Source of the DNA: a virus
Taxonomy: Duplodnaviria > Caudoviricetes
Direction: 5' to 3' (one strand)
Virus record (IMG/VR): IMGVR_UViG_3300033145_000217
Location: 1 to 53,299 of that record
DNA length: 53,299 bases
Part shown: positions 29,795 through 39,431 of the stretch, in pieces
Numbering within the stretch: the stretch's first letter is position 1
Layout of the letters: the number at the start of each line of letters is the position of its first letter
Translations under genes and position numbers: made by a program
Notes under the pieces: model-generated
The model's input: the letters and a program-made list of their open reading frames with translations, nothing else
What the model was told of the DNA's origin: nothing
Database searches by the model: none

Positions 29795-30095
29795 AAGAAA
29801 CAGAATGGCCGGAAATGGCAAAAACACAAGAGCCAAATCTAACGAAAGCACTGGTCGTGACTATACTTATGATAAGGCATACCAAAAACGCAAAAAAGCA
29901 AAAACGGGGAAAAATGCCAGAAATAAGGCAAGGCAGGAAGGTTTAAAAACGGGGAGAGTTAAATTAGGAGATGGTAAGGATATTGATCATAAGAAACCGT
30001 TGGCTAAAGGCGGATCAAAATCATTGAAAAACACCAGAGTTATATCAGCAAGTAAAAATAGAGCACTAGCCAATAAGAAAACAAAAAAGAAATAA
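29781..30095 (+). CDS. Small basic HNH protein
   Basis: GDGKDIDHKKPLAKGG...N.RV.....NR motif. Confidence 0.75.
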   Translation: MTASKRNRMAGNGKNTRAKSNESTGRDYTYDKAYQKRKKAKTGKNARNKARQEGLKTGRVKLGDGKDIDHKKPLAKGGSKSLKNTRVISASKNRALANKKTKKK

Positions 30096-30096
30096 T

Positions 30097-30993
30097 ATGA
30101 AGATATATGGTGAAAGATTGAGATTATCCCCAAACGAGGTAGAGGTTGTGAGGAATTACAGAAAATCAGGAATAGAAACAGTATACGAACAGTCAAAACC
30201 AAAATTAGAAGCACCAAAAATTTTATTATTAGATATAGAAACAGCTCCACTTTCAGCATTCCTATGGAGATTAAAAACCGAATATGTTAATACAAGTATG
30301 TTACAAAATTCTAACTGGTGGATATTATCATGGTCTGCTAAATGGCTTTTTAATAACGAAATGATGCATGATGTAGTCACTGGAAAAGAGGCCATTGAAG
30401 AAGATGATGGAAGAATTGCTCTATCATTATGGGCATTAGTTAACGAGGCGGACATCTGCGTAACACACAATGGCAAAAACTTTGACCATAGAATGATGAA
30501 CATGAGATGGATGATGCACGGTTTCATGCCCCCTACACCTTATAAGGTTATTGACACATTTCAGGTTGCACGAAGTAATTTCTTATTTCCAAGTTATAAA
30601 CTTGACTACATCGCTAAAGAAATTGGTGTTGGCATGAAGGTTAAGCATGAAGGATTTGGAATGTGGAAGAAGTGTCTCACAGGAAATGAAGACTCTCTTA
30701 ATCAAATGATGGTATATAACGATGGAGACGTCAAGATTATGGAAGATATATATTTAGTATTCAGGCCTTGGATAAAGAACCATCCGAATATTGGGGTTTA
30801 TGCAGAAAACGAAACACCAGTTTGTTCTGCTTGCGGTAGTAGCAACCTCAAAGAAGATGGTGTATATAGAACCAACATTAGTGTATTTAAAAACTTTAGA
30901 TGCATGGATTGTGGTTCGCCACATAATAGACAAAGACAGAATAGTTTACCTAAAGACTTAAGAAAGAAACTGTTAAGCGGAATACCCGGATAG
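30097..30993 (+). CDS. Stand-alone DEDD/RNase H-like 3'-5' exonuclease with C-terminal Zn ribbon
   Basis: LLDIET, THNGKNFD, IDT, SYKLDYIA, YNDGDV; CSACGS...CMDCG. Confidence 0.85.
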   Translation: MKIYGERLRLSPNEVEVVRNYRKSGIETVYEQSKPKLEAPKILLLDIETAPLSAFLWRLKTEYVNTSMLQNSNWWILSWSAKWLFNNEMMHDVVTGKEAIEEDDGRIALSLWALVNEADICVTHNGKNFDHRMMNMRWMMHGFMPPTPYKVIDTFQVARSNFLFPSYKLDYIAKEIGVGMKVKHEGFGMWKKCLTGNEDSLNQMMVYNDGDVKIMEDIYLVFRPWIKNHPNIGVYAENETPVCSACGSSNLKEDGVYRTNISVFKNFRCMDCGSPHNRQRQNSLPKDLRKKLLSGIPG

Positions 30994-31019
30994 AAAAATA
31001 TTATAAACAAACAGAAATT

Positions 31020-31208
31020 ATGAGTAAAACAAGATTTATTACACAAAAAGTAATTGTAGCGCTACTTATGGTAGCAAGCTTCGTAACGTTAGTACCATTT
31101 TTCGTTATGATTATTGAACACCTTGTCTGGATAAAAGAAGCAGACGACTCTCTACTTAATGCACTTGTAGGTGCAGTTACCACAAAATATTCAGATATAG
31201 ATATATAG
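31020..31208 (+). CDS. Small membrane protein (holin-like candidate)
   Basis: 62 aa; long hydrophobic helix plus LLNALVGAVTT; last gene of the amidase operon. Confidence 0.4.
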   Translation: MSKTRFITQKVIVALLMVASFVTLVPFFVMIIEHLVWIKEADDSLLNALVGAVTTKYSDIDI

Positions 31209-31220
31209 GATATAGTAAAG

Positions 31221-31253
31221 AAAAGAGGGGGGGGGGTGAAGCCCCCTTTTTTT
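31221..31253. terminator. Bidirectional terminator at the convergence of the two genome arms
   Basis: A-rich tract, G10 run, TGAAG, CCCCC, T7; sits between convergent genes. Confidence 0.8.
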
Positions 31254-31767
31254 ATACTCTGTTATGAAGATATGCTTTTTCCATATATCCATAGAACACA
31301 TATACAAAATCCTGCATCCATTGATATGGCGTGATTCTTCTCCATAGCCAATATAGATTTGGCTTGCCAAGCAAAGCCCTCCTAAAAGCCCATTTATCGG
31401 GTAAATTGAATATTTTAATACTAGGCTTATGCTTTTCAATCAAATAAGTACAACCCAAATGATCGGCACAGCAATAAGCCATAATCCAAGGGTCTTGTGT
31501 CATATCTAAGCGACTATGATTCCCGGATTTTATAAAGTCATCTATTTTTATAGGCCATCTAACACCAAGCTCAAGAGCTACAAACACCTTCTCTAGAGCT
31601 AAATGCGCCCAAATTGACTGGTCATCCCTATCTATTATCTCTCTGCATGTGTTATACAGTAAATCTCCATTACCATCTCCTTCGCAATAATAGAATAGAT
31701 CAAACCTTACCTTTGGTTTTGCTGTATGCCCAGCTCTAAGTTTTTCCCATTTGATTAAGTCTATCAT
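31252..31767 (-). CDS. Hypothetical protein (aromatic-rich)
   Basis: Likely start at 31767, an ATGA overlap with the upstream stop. Confidence 0.6.
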   Translation of the reverse strand: MIDLIKWEKLRAGHTAKPKVRFDLFYYCEGDGNGDLLYNTCREIIDRDDQSIWAHLALEKVFVALELGVRWPIKIDDFIKSGNHSRLDMTQDPWIMAYCCADHLGCTYLIEKHKPSIKIFNLPDKWAFRRALLGKPNLYWLWRRITPYQWMQDFVYVFYGYMEKAYLHNRV

Positions 31768-32417
31768 TGCGTTAATCCTCCAATTATATATCCAGTAGCA
31801 AATGATACAGGAGCTGTTATAAACCATTTTTCATACCACTTCCTCGGAACTACAACCGTATAAGCCGTTACTCCGGTAGTTATCATACATGGATTAGTAT
31901 TTCGTATATCAAACGCTTGCTCAGTCTTCCACAGACTCACCTTCCGCTTCCCTAGAACGATATCTTGTCTATTCTCTATAGTTAGGTTACTCAAGGCTAA
32001 TAGTCCATTAGTGGCGCTTATATTAAGCGACAAGCATTTATTTATTATATTTATAGTCGTATCTTTATCTATATATACTGGGAAAGGAACCAAAATAGAA
32101 TCTATTTTAATTACTGTCTCTATTTTTACAACGGCGGCAGCGGCTTTATACTTCTTTGTAAGCTCTTTTTGTATGGAGTCAGATTCTAAAGCAGTTTTAA
32201 GCTCGTTCCTTGTGAGTTGTATAAGATTATCCTTATAAATAATCATGCTGTCATATTTACTTATAAATTCAATATGTTCTGTATTAAGTGCATGATAGTT
32301 GTTTTCCCATATTTTAACATCTTCTTTTATTGATAATATGTTGAAAAACATAAAAACCGCTATTATAGCCATTATAATAGTCCATATATTTATTTTTAAA
32401 TCGAAATTTACATTCAT
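31764..32417 (-). CDS. Membrane-anchored coiled-coil protein, spanin-like
   Basis: N-terminal TM, coiled coil, DS/DT-rich beta region, C-terminal KWYEKW plus hydrophobic helix. Start 32417 by ATGA coupling. Confidence 0.5.
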   Translation of the reverse strand: MNVNFDLKINIWTIIMAIIAVFMFFNILSIKEDVKIWENNYHALNTEHIEFISKYDSMIIYKDNLIQLTRNELKTALESDSIQKELTKKYKAAAAVVKIETVIKIDSILVPFPVYIDKDTTINIINKCLSLNISATNGLLALSNLTIENRQDIVLGKRKVSLWKTEQAFDIRNTNPCMITTGVTAYTVVVPRKWYEKWFITAPVSFATGYIIGGLTQ

Positions 32418-32971
32418 GGTTTCCAAGGTTTGAATTTAAGTATTTGATCTACAGAGAAAAAATTACCTGTAAATACCATACATCTATCGTCAATTAAAAT
32501 ATGTGACGATGGTTTATGTTCTGGAAATGATATTTTTAATAAAACATCATGTTCCATTCCGTAGTCCATTAAAAAGGTTTTCATTGCCTTGATGCCGCCT
32601 TCTTGGTGATTTCTTGAAGAGAATATACAGATATGCATCTGCTCCGATCTAATAAGCTCGGTTAACCAATCAATAGACGTATATATTTTATCTGTCCTCT
32701 GAAGCGTCTTACTCACAGGAGCGTCAACGATATTGTCAGCGCCCGTCCATCCACTTGTGTAATTGTGTATAACACCGTCAAAATCAATAGCGACGATCGG
32801 CTTGCCATCCCAAGGGGGATAAGAATAATCACTAGGCACTTCAGAATATGAGTCTACAACGCCAATAAAATCTTCCTTTTCTGGAGCTGTAAAATAAACA
32901 AAAGTCTCCACCTCTTTTTTCTCTTTTCTTATTCCAAAGAAAATTAATAGTTTATTTATTATTTTTCGCAT
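32414..32971 (-). CDS. HAD-family phosphatase (nucleotidase/polynucleotide phosphatase-like)
   Basis: VAIDFDGVIH motif I, FSSR motif II, KP...LIDDR motifs III/IV. Confidence 0.8.
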   Translation of the reverse strand: MRKIINKLLIFFGIRKEKKEVETFVYFTAPEKEDFIGVVDSYSEVPSDYSYPPWDGKPIVAIDFDGVIHNYTSGWTGADNIVDAPVSKTLQRTDKIYTSIDWLTELIRSEQMHICIFSSRNHQEGGIKAMKTFLMDYGMEHDVLLKISFPEHKPSSHILIDDRCMVFTGNFFSVDQILKFKPWKP

Positions 32972-33278
32972 TTGTTATCCTCCATTTTTTAATTAAACTT
33001 GTTTTAGCCACAGAATCTCCCACTTGTTTACGTGATGAAAGCTCTATCTTTTTTATCCTCTTATTTTGTAATCCATTCTCAGCTATAATCATATCAATAC
33101 CAAGATCATGCTGATTGTAGCAATAAACGGTATAACCAAAGGCAAAATCCCCTTCCCTTCCATATTCAATTTTATATGAAATCATATAGATTCCATTAGG
33201 ATTTTCAATCATATCCCTGCTAACTTCAACCTCTATATCAAATTTAGAAAGGTGTAATCCTTTACGCTTATCTACCAT
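32952..33278 (-). CDS. Hypothetical protein
   Basis: Overlapping, co-oriented ORF in the operon. Confidence 0.6.
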   Translation of the reverse strand: MVDKRKGLHLSKFDIEVEVSRDMIENPNGIYMISYKIEYGREGDFAFGYTVYCYNQHDLGIDMIIAENGLQNKRIKKIELSSRKQVGDSVAKTSLIKKWRITNAKNNK

Positions 33279-33622
33279 TCCATATACTCCTTCCGTCTTA
33301 ATTCATTTGGGCATTTATTAAAAACACTCTTTGGAACTATAGCTAAAGCATTTAGACTTTTATAATCATTTTTATAGTAAACAACATATCTACTTTCACG
33401 GCTCCGATTAACCTGACGAGCAGCATGCGTGGGTATAAATCCATCAAGATACTCCCTTGTAAGAGAATCCTCTCTCCAAGTAGCCTCTGCTAAAAGGAAC
33501 CTTTCAAAAGGCGTAAGCCTAACCCTTAAGGGAGTCTCCATTTGAGACTCCTTTAATAGAGATACCCCCTCTTTAAACCTTTTAGGGATATTCTTTACCA
33601 CGTTTCCGATCTTTATTTTCAT
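33272..33622 (-). CDS. Hypothetical protein
   Basis: Co-oriented ORF in the operon. Confidence 0.6.
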   Translation of the reverse strand: MKIKIGNVVKNIPKRFKEGVSLLKESQMETPLRVRLTPFERFLLAEATWREDSLTREYLDGFIPTHAARQVNRSRESRYVVYYKNDYKSLNALAIVPKSVFNKCPNELRRKEYMEW

Positions 33623-33624
33623 AT

Positions 33625-33879
33625 CTAATCGCTAAGGTTGTCGATAAATGCAGCAATCTTTTCTGCTCTATTCTTATAAACGGCAACCTTAGATTTCATT
33701 AAGATTTCCTTTGTCTGATACTCAAGTTTCTTAAGTTGAGCTTTATCAGCCTCATTTTGAGCGGCTTTCTCAGCAGCCTCGGCTGAACTCTGGATGTTTG
33801 AAATAACACCAAATGCTGAATTATAACTACTCTCTGCTGCTGCTAATTTGCTTTGAAATACTGTTGTTACGTTTTTCAT
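33625..33879 (-). CDS. Hypothetical coiled-coil protein
   Basis: Start at 33879 has an A-rich upstream context; A/E/K heptads. Confidence 0.6.
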   Translation of the reverse strand: MKNVTTVFQSKLAAAESSYNSAFGVISNIQSSAEAAEKAAQNEADKAQLKKLEYQTKEILMKSKVAVYKNRAEKIAAFIDNLSD

Positions 33880-33905
33880 AATTTTTAATTTAATTTGATT
33901 AATGT

Positions 33906-34058
33906 TTATACTTGTGATATTTTCCATTTTTTAGATAATGTAATAGCGAATTCATCAAGATCATCAGGAGCATTAATTCCTTTGTAATTATCCCACGCAA
34001 CTGTCCATTTTCTAAACTCCCCAATCATACTTTTGATGTTGTTTTGATTTTTTGTCAT
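33906..34058 (-). CDS. Small hypothetical protein (50 aa, MTKNQNNIKSMIGEFRKW...)
   Basis: Translated by hand; below the ORF-track cutoff; first ORF after the 34071-34102 promoter. Confidence 0.5.
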   Translation of the reverse strand: MTKNQNNIKSMIGEFRKWTVAWDNYKGINAPDDLDEFAITLSKKWKISQV

Positions 34059-34070
34059 TATATTTATTTT

Positions 34071-34102
34071 TAAAGATAAATAAAATTTTTTATAATACCA
34101 AA
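34071..34102 (-). promoter_or_regulatory. Bacteroidota-type promoter (minus strand)
   Basis: Minus strand TTTG (34102-34099), 20-bp spacer, TATCTTTA (34078-34071). Confidence 0.65.
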
Positions 34103-34112
34103 TATATTATAA

Positions 34113-35840
34113 CTAAGAACCGCAAGTTCCCCCTTTCCCACTCAATTCACAGATATCTATAAATTCCTCTGAAAACTCTTTGCCCTCTTTCCCGCCAACA
34201 TCAGAATACGGCACCGCTGTAATTGGTTGTCCGCCTCTCGATCCATCTGGATAACATGTAAACCCTCTTAATCTATGAGCGTATTTAAGTAGAATTTTAG
34301 CAAACATCCTAACCTTACTATCGTTATTCCATTCAGAACCCCATGATTCAAGATTTATTGTAGAACTAATAGCTTGATCTACATAATCTTGTATATCAGC
34401 TTGAAACTTGATTCTTCTCTCTGGGTCTTTAGCTAAATCTAAAGAAGTTTCAATTGAATCTGGTTCAATCCCATATTCATTGATTAGAACCTTAGAGGTT
34501 CCATCAATTACATACTGATACATCCATTTATCTTTTCCATTCAAGTATCTCCTTTTATATGCAACTGCAAATAACGGTTCAATACCAGTGGTGGTAGATG
34601 TTAAAATTCCAATACTTCCGGTCGGTGCAATAGCTCTGTAAGCTATAGGTCTCGATATCCCTATTTTATCTGCCATTTCATTAGCAGCTCTTTCACTTTC
34701 GTTTTTATAAACAGAAAGCCATTCCTTCAATTCATCAACAACCTCATATCTATATCCTCTTTTTAACAACCACTCATGAACACCCATCAATCCAAGACCT
34801 AATCTGTGATTTTTTTCTCTAACACGGTATACTTTTTCATATGGTAATTGCGCAACGAGAGTTCCGAATAGTAAAAATTGACTACCAAGCCTAACCGCCT
34901 CTTTAAACTCTTCTATCGTTTCTATTCGACTCATATTAATTGATCCAAGGTTACAAACGTCAGAATCATCTTCAGATGACACCTCCCCGCAAGCGTTTCT
35001 CAGTGTCTCTTTTTCTTTGTCAAAAAAATTGAAACTCATTCCCGGTTCTCCGCTAACCAAAGCTCTACGTACATTTTCAATATAGATTTTCGGTAAATCC
35101 ATGAATGATAGTTCCGATCCCCTTCCGAGATTCATTTTAATTGCATCTATATCTGATTGATAGACCCGTTCCAAGAAATCATTATCGTAATTAACAGATA
35201 TATTTGTCATATCTAATGCAGCCGGAAAATTAAAGTCTTTCTCTTTTAAGTAAGCGATCGTAGCTTTTTCCCCATTCTCAGTAAAGACACCATTAACTAC
35301 GATTTCATTCCAAGCTTTAGCTTTAATAAAATCGTGAATATCATTGTGTTGCCAATTAAGAGATGCGTAAATTGCAGACCTACGGCTTCCGCCTTGCATT
35401 ACATTACGCCCTATTTCATTAATCATATACATTTTAGGGATAGGCCCGGAAGCGTATCCTCCGGTTTTAGAAATAGGGCTACCAGATGGTCTGTAAACGC
35501 TATAATCAATTCCTATTCCTCCTCCGGTCATGAGGGCACTTTCAGATTTCCAAGAAAGATTCGCCCAATCTTCTCTTGTGTCAAATTCAGCCTTTAATAA
35601 AAAGCAATTATTATAGAATTTATTTGGTCTACCGGCATAATATAAATACCTACCGCCCGCAACGAATTTCATCTCCTTATGAAGCTCAATTAAAGCACTC
35701 TTATCATTATCTGGCATCCTACTGTCTACCACCTCATTTATTAAGGTTTGAGATAATTTATCCCAAGTCTCAGCATGTTCATGCATATATTTATTTATAA
35801 ATACACGCTCTCCGATTTCTGTTCTAAAAGGTTTATTCAT
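34113..35840 (-). CDS. nrdJ: Ribonucleotide reductase, probably class II (adenosylcobalamin-dependent)
   Basis: NNCFLL, GGGIG, GGSRRSA, RNACGE (thiyl Cys/Glu), CNLGS, APTGSI and a C-terminal Cys pair. No ATP cone and no adjacent NrdB. Confidence 0.82.
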   Translation of the reverse strand: MNKPFRTEIGERVFINKYMHEHAETWDKLSQTLINEVVDSRMPDNDKSALIELHKEMKFVAGGRYLYYAGRPNKFYNNCFLLKAEFDTREDWANLSWKSESALMTGGGIGIDYSVYRPSGSPISKTGGYASGPIPKMYMINEIGRNVMQGGSRRSAIYASLNWQHNDIHDFIKAKAWNEIVVNGVFTENGEKATIAYLKEKDFNFPAALDMTNISVNYDNDFLERVYQSDIDAIKMNLGRGSELSFMDLPKIYIENVRRALVSGEPGMSFNFFDKEKETLRNACGEVSSEDDSDVCNLGSINMSRIETIEEFKEAVRLGSQFLLFGTLVAQLPYEKVYRVREKNHRLGLGLMGVHEWLLKRGYRYEVVDELKEWLSVYKNESERAANEMADKIGISRPIAYRAIAPTGSIGILTSTTTGIEPLFAVAYKRRYLNGKDKWMYQYVIDGTSKVLINEYGIEPDSIETSLDLAKDPERRIKFQADIQDYVDQAISSTINLESWGSEWNNDSKVRMFAKILLKYAHRLRGFTCYPDGSRGGQPITAVPYSDVGGKEGKEFSEEFIDICELSGKGGTCGS

Positions 35841-35971
35841 TATAATGTGTTATCTATTAAGAATTTAGTAAAAATGTATAAGCCAAGGAATAGACCGAGA
35901 TCAACAAATAATCTACCAATTACTCTATCCCTCAAAGCTCTCATTACAATCCATGTTATTATAATAATCAT
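35840..35971 (-). CDS. Small membrane protein (43 aa)
   Basis: Hand-translated MIIIITWIVMRALRDRVIGRLFVDLGLFLGLYIF...; TAATG overlap with the RNR start. Confidence 0.4.
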   Translation of the reverse strand: MIIIITWIVMRALRDRVIGRLFVDLGLFLGLYIFTKFLIDNTL

Positions 35972-35985
35972 ATATACTACAAGTA

Positions 35986-36543
35986 TCATCCTAACCCCAC
36001 GTTTTTTTCTATATATTTAAGTTTCTGTATGTACGATTTACATTTCGCATACCCGACTGATTTCAGGAATGCGTAGTAGTCTTTCTCACCGTTATACATG
36101 TTTTCCTGCCACATTGCGTAGTCAAGGATAGATAGTACAAAATCAGTATACTGTGCATGTCCTCGACTCGTTCCAATCGCAGTCGTTTTTCTAACCCTTG
36201 GCATTCTCATACCAAAAAGATTATTGTTCTCTGTACAGATAATACTTTTTAAATTACCCGTTTCAAGATATATTTGCTGCATTACTATTTCCTTGTGTTG
36301 AACACCGAATTCTTCCATCCAATATTCTATATTATCCCAATTAAGCTCTCGCCTTTGAATAGAATCTAATCGAATATCACGTTGTTCAATCTCATGCAGT
36401 AAGGAATCTTTTTCAAGCTTAAATTCAAGTTTAAATAATGCTATATTTTTTTCATAAAGCAACTCTGTATTGTGTTGTTGCATCCACATAAGCACTATAA
36501 TAATGAAAGCTCCAAAAAGAGATTGAATATCATATTTTCTCAT
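35986..36543 (-). CDS. Glucosaminidase (GH73-like peptidoglycan hydrolase) with N-terminal TM anchor
   Basis: QIYLETG, NNLFGM, GYA....Y..KL; hydrophobic N-terminus followed by a coiled coil. Confidence 0.75.
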   Translation of the reverse strand: MRKYDIQSLFGAFIIIVLMWMQQHNTELLYEKNIALFKLEFKLEKDSLLHEIEQRDIRLDSIQRRELNWDNIEYWMEEFGVQHKEIVMQQIYLETGNLKSIICTENNNLFGMRMPRVRKTTAIGTSRGHAQYTDFVLSILDYAMWQENMYNGEKDYYAFLKSVGYAKCKSYIQKLKYIEKNVGLG

Positions 36544-36545
36544 AT

Positions 36546-38363
36546 TTAGAATTTTAAGTTAGGGCTAATCTCTAATTGAGTAGCCGGAGAAGGGATTAAC
36601 CAATTACGGGCATCCCATCCATTTTTGTTTATTTCCTCTATTGATTGATACCTACCATTATCTGTATTATATTTAAGTACGCAAACACCCTGTTTTCCGA
36701 GATGTTCAAATTTACATTTATTAATGTACACTTCAACCGTTTGCCCCTCAAAGTTTCTATAAACTGTTATACCAAAGTCGGCTTTATTATAAAAGTTAGC
36801 CGATCCTGATATATCATAAAGGTCTGGTACGTTTACTTTTCTAGTCTCTGGGTCTTTCTGCATCTTTGTTGGATGCGCAACTAAGAATATGTGAAGGTCT
36901 TCAGCCCTCTTAAATTGATTTAAAGTAGATAAATGGTCGTTAATATCCTCGGTGCTTGTCATGCCTCCCTTGTCTATTTCCGTCCAAGGATCAATAACTA
37001 GAGCATCAACGCCATAACGTCTTACGGCATCACGGGCTATATTAAGGATATTCCTCAGTGAATAATTTTCATCTTCAGGGTAAATCCATACGAAATGTTT
37101 ATTAACAAAATCCAATCCCATATCAATTTCTTGTCGGGTCATATTGTTAAAATGTTTTCCTATAACCTTCGACATCAATCTAGTGACATGAAGTTGTATC
37201 GGAAAGCTTTCGGGCGAAAATAAAGCTATTACCCAGTCGTGTTCTACAGCAAGCCTAACTGTAAGATCATCAAGGAATACTGTTTTTCCATGTGTAGGTA
37301 CTCCCGTTATGATTGTAAGTCTAGCTTTGTCTGCACTGTATAGTTCACGAAAATTCTCGCTGCCGACTTGTGCACCCGGTTTTAACCCTCCCTCATCGCG
37401 CATCTTATAAATATCATGTGCTAAATCTCTCGCCTCAGTTATATCTTTAAGCGGAACGGGTTCTGCTAGATCAAAGGAGTTAAATAGCGCTAACTTTCCC
37501 TCCTTCATCAGCAGTTCATTTGGATCATTACATCCCTTAAAATCAACACCGTGACACCTATATTCGCCAAGTCGTCTTGTTAACTCGGCTTTCAAGGCAT
37601 TACCCGGATCGTCGTCATCGGTTGCAATCACAATCTTACTTAGTGGCTTGTATCCATTCTTAGTTCGCCACACATTATCAAATAGCTCATAACTATTTGT
37701 TAAATAATCTAAATTCATGGAGCCTTGTGCCGCTCCATTAGGTACTGATATAACGTTCGATATATTTGCTTCGATATAGGATGCTGCATCGACTTCACCT
37801 TCAACGATTACTACGCTATCTATATCTCTATCCAATAAACAATCTTGGTTATAAAATATAAGCTTCGCACCTGACTCAAACTTGAAATGTTTTCTTCCAT
37901 CACGATACTTTACATTTACGAGTGTCTCGTTGAAGAAATAATTGAAGTTGATAGTGCCAGCTTCCTTCTTAATTTGCGGCATCCATGAAACACCGCTTGT
38001 AATCCTTAACTTTTTTAGAGTGGCAATAGATATACCACGTTTTTCAAACCAGCCAGATACTTTCTCGCTGATATTGTAATTTATCGTTTGCTTTGGGAGT
38101 TTGTAATTCTTAGTGGATTCAATTTTAGATATATTTCCCTTAAATCTATCTATTACCCAATTCATCCCACATCTATGACAATTAGCCACGCCATTAACAG
38201 CATCAACAGACAGGTCTTTCTGGGTAGACTTACCGGGACTATGAGTACCGGAACAGTTAGGACATAACGCCTTCTGCTTGCCTTTAGTCTCATTAACCTC
38301 AATGCCAAGTTCAGCCCAAGAATCACCTATTATAGTTCTTCCGTCTTTTGATGTTTTAACCAT
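36546..38363 (-). CDS. Primase-helicase (T7 gp4/Twinkle-like)
   Basis: Zn finger CPNC...CHRC; TOPRIM EGEVDA, SVPNGA, DDDDPG, DPNE; SF4 helicase GVPTHGKT, LVIDPW, VAHP, ISGSANF. Confidence 0.93.
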   Translation of the reverse strand: MVKTSKDGRTIIGDSWAELGIEVNETKGKQKALCPNCSGTHSPGKSTQKDLSVDAVNGVANCHRCGMNWVIDRFKGNISKIESTKNYKLPKQTINYNISEKVSGWFEKRGISIATLKKLRITSGVSWMPQIKKEAGTINFNYFFNETLVNVKYRDGRKHFKFESGAKLIFYNQDCLLDRDIDSVVIVEGEVDAASYIEANISNVISVPNGAAQGSMNLDYLTNSYELFDNVWRTKNGYKPLSKIVIATDDDDPGNALKAELTRRLGEYRCHGVDFKGCNDPNELLMKEGKLALFNSFDLAEPVPLKDITEARDLAHDIYKMRDEGGLKPGAQVGSENFRELYSADKARLTIITGVPTHGKTVFLDDLTVRLAVEHDWVIALFSPESFPIQLHVTRLMSKVIGKHFNNMTRQEIDMGLDFVNKHFVWIYPEDENYSLRNILNIARDAVRRYGVDALVIDPWTEIDKGGMTSTEDINDHLSTLNQFKRAEDLHIFLVAHPTKMQKDPETRKVNVPDLYDISGSANFYNKADFGITVYRNFEGQTVEVYINKCKFEHLGKQGVCVLKYNTDNGRYQSIEEINKNGWDARNWLIPSPATQLEISPNLKF

Positions 38364-38365
38364 AT

Positions 38366-38581
38366 TTAATTTTTATTCCTTAAGTAATCATCATCTGTAA
38401 TTATATTTTTAGAAATTAATAAATTATGCCATTTCTTTGCAGATGTAAAAACAAGTTGCATCATCTCTTTAGCGTCTTCCTCTATATATTCCATTGCTTC
38501 TTCTTTAGTCATCTCGCCCATGCCTATTTTTATCCCATAGTTAAGAATTTCTTCGGCTAATATTTCTTTAAATTCATTCAT
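38366..38581 (-). CDS. Hypothetical protein
   Basis: Fills the gap in a co-oriented operon. Confidence 0.55.
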   Translation of the reverse strand: MNEFKEILAEEILNYGIKIGMGEMTKEEAMEYIEEDAKEMMQLVFTSAKKWHNLLISKNIITDDDYLRNKN

Positions 38582-39154
38582 TTATTTTAAATTTTGTCTT
38601 GTAATTATCTCTTTTACTGTATCATATGAAATAGGAGAAAATTCATGAACATCAACACCAACGTCTAACTGATTGGGCGTTACAGGCGTATTTTTTTTAT
38701 TAGAGAACTTGCCATGTACATGTCCATACAACTGCCATGAACCCCTATGTGATTGATACCAGCTTATCATCGGATAATGACATAGCGTTATTTTTTGGCC
38801 ATCTGTTATTTCCTCATCACCTTCGATTATTATATCTGCCAATGGCGTAACGATCTCGAATTCATCATATGTAATATTTTTATCATGATTACCCTCAATT
38901 AATATTTTATGGCCATTTAGTTCATTAAGATAAGATTTCCAAGTATTTTTTGATCCAAAACAAAAATCGCCAAGAATAAACACCTTATCATCCTCTTCTA
39001 TACGCTCATTCCAGTTGATTATAATTTCTTTGTCCATTTCGTTTATATTGGAAAATGGTCTGTTACAATATTTTATTACATTTGCATGATTCAAATGTGT
39101 ATCTGCTATGAACCATACATTATCTACAGTTATATTTATTTTTATTTTTTTCAT
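38582..39154 (-). CDS. Calcineurin-like metallophosphoesterase
   Basis: DTH, LGDF, GNHD, CHYP and GHVH motifs. Confidence 0.9.
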   Translation of the reverse strand: MKKIKINITVDNVWFIADTHLNHANVIKYCNRPFSNINEMDKEIIINWNERIEEDDKVFILGDFCFGSKNTWKSYLNELNGHKILIEGNHDKNITYDEFEIVTPLADIIIEGDEEITDGQKITLCHYPMISWYQSHRGSWQLYGHVHGKFSNKKNTPVTPNQLDVGVDVHEFSPISYDTVKEIITRQNLK

Positions 39155-39426
39155 TATAACATTATTTCTTTTAATTCAAGTAATTTTACATCAACCACGC
39201 CATAAGCTGAGTTTTCTCCTGCTGGAATATATTTCGCAAGAGTCTCAAGACCGTCTAAGTGACCGTAAAGGGAATATGCTGAATATTCTTTCTTCTGCTC
39301 ATCCGTTGTGGTTAACATTTCGGCTATAACGGGTCTGATAGCAATTAAGTCCTTTTCGCTTATTTCCTGTATTTCCTTAGACTTCGTTCCGTCGAAATCT
39401 AAACTTGTAAATAGATATTTCTGCAT
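39154..39426 (-). CDS. Hypothetical protein
   Basis: Coupled ORF in the operon. Confidence 0.55.
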   Translation of the reverse strand: MQKYLFTSLDFDGTKSKEIQEISEKDLIAIRPVIAEMLTTTDEQKKEYSAYSLYGHLDGLETLAKYIPAGENSAYGVVDVKLLELKEIML

Positions 39427-39431
39427 ATATG

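Noticed and set aside
31227-31236. G10 homopolymer as a phase-variation tract
   Set aside because: Intergenic and part of the terminator stem; a length change would not shift any supported reading frame.
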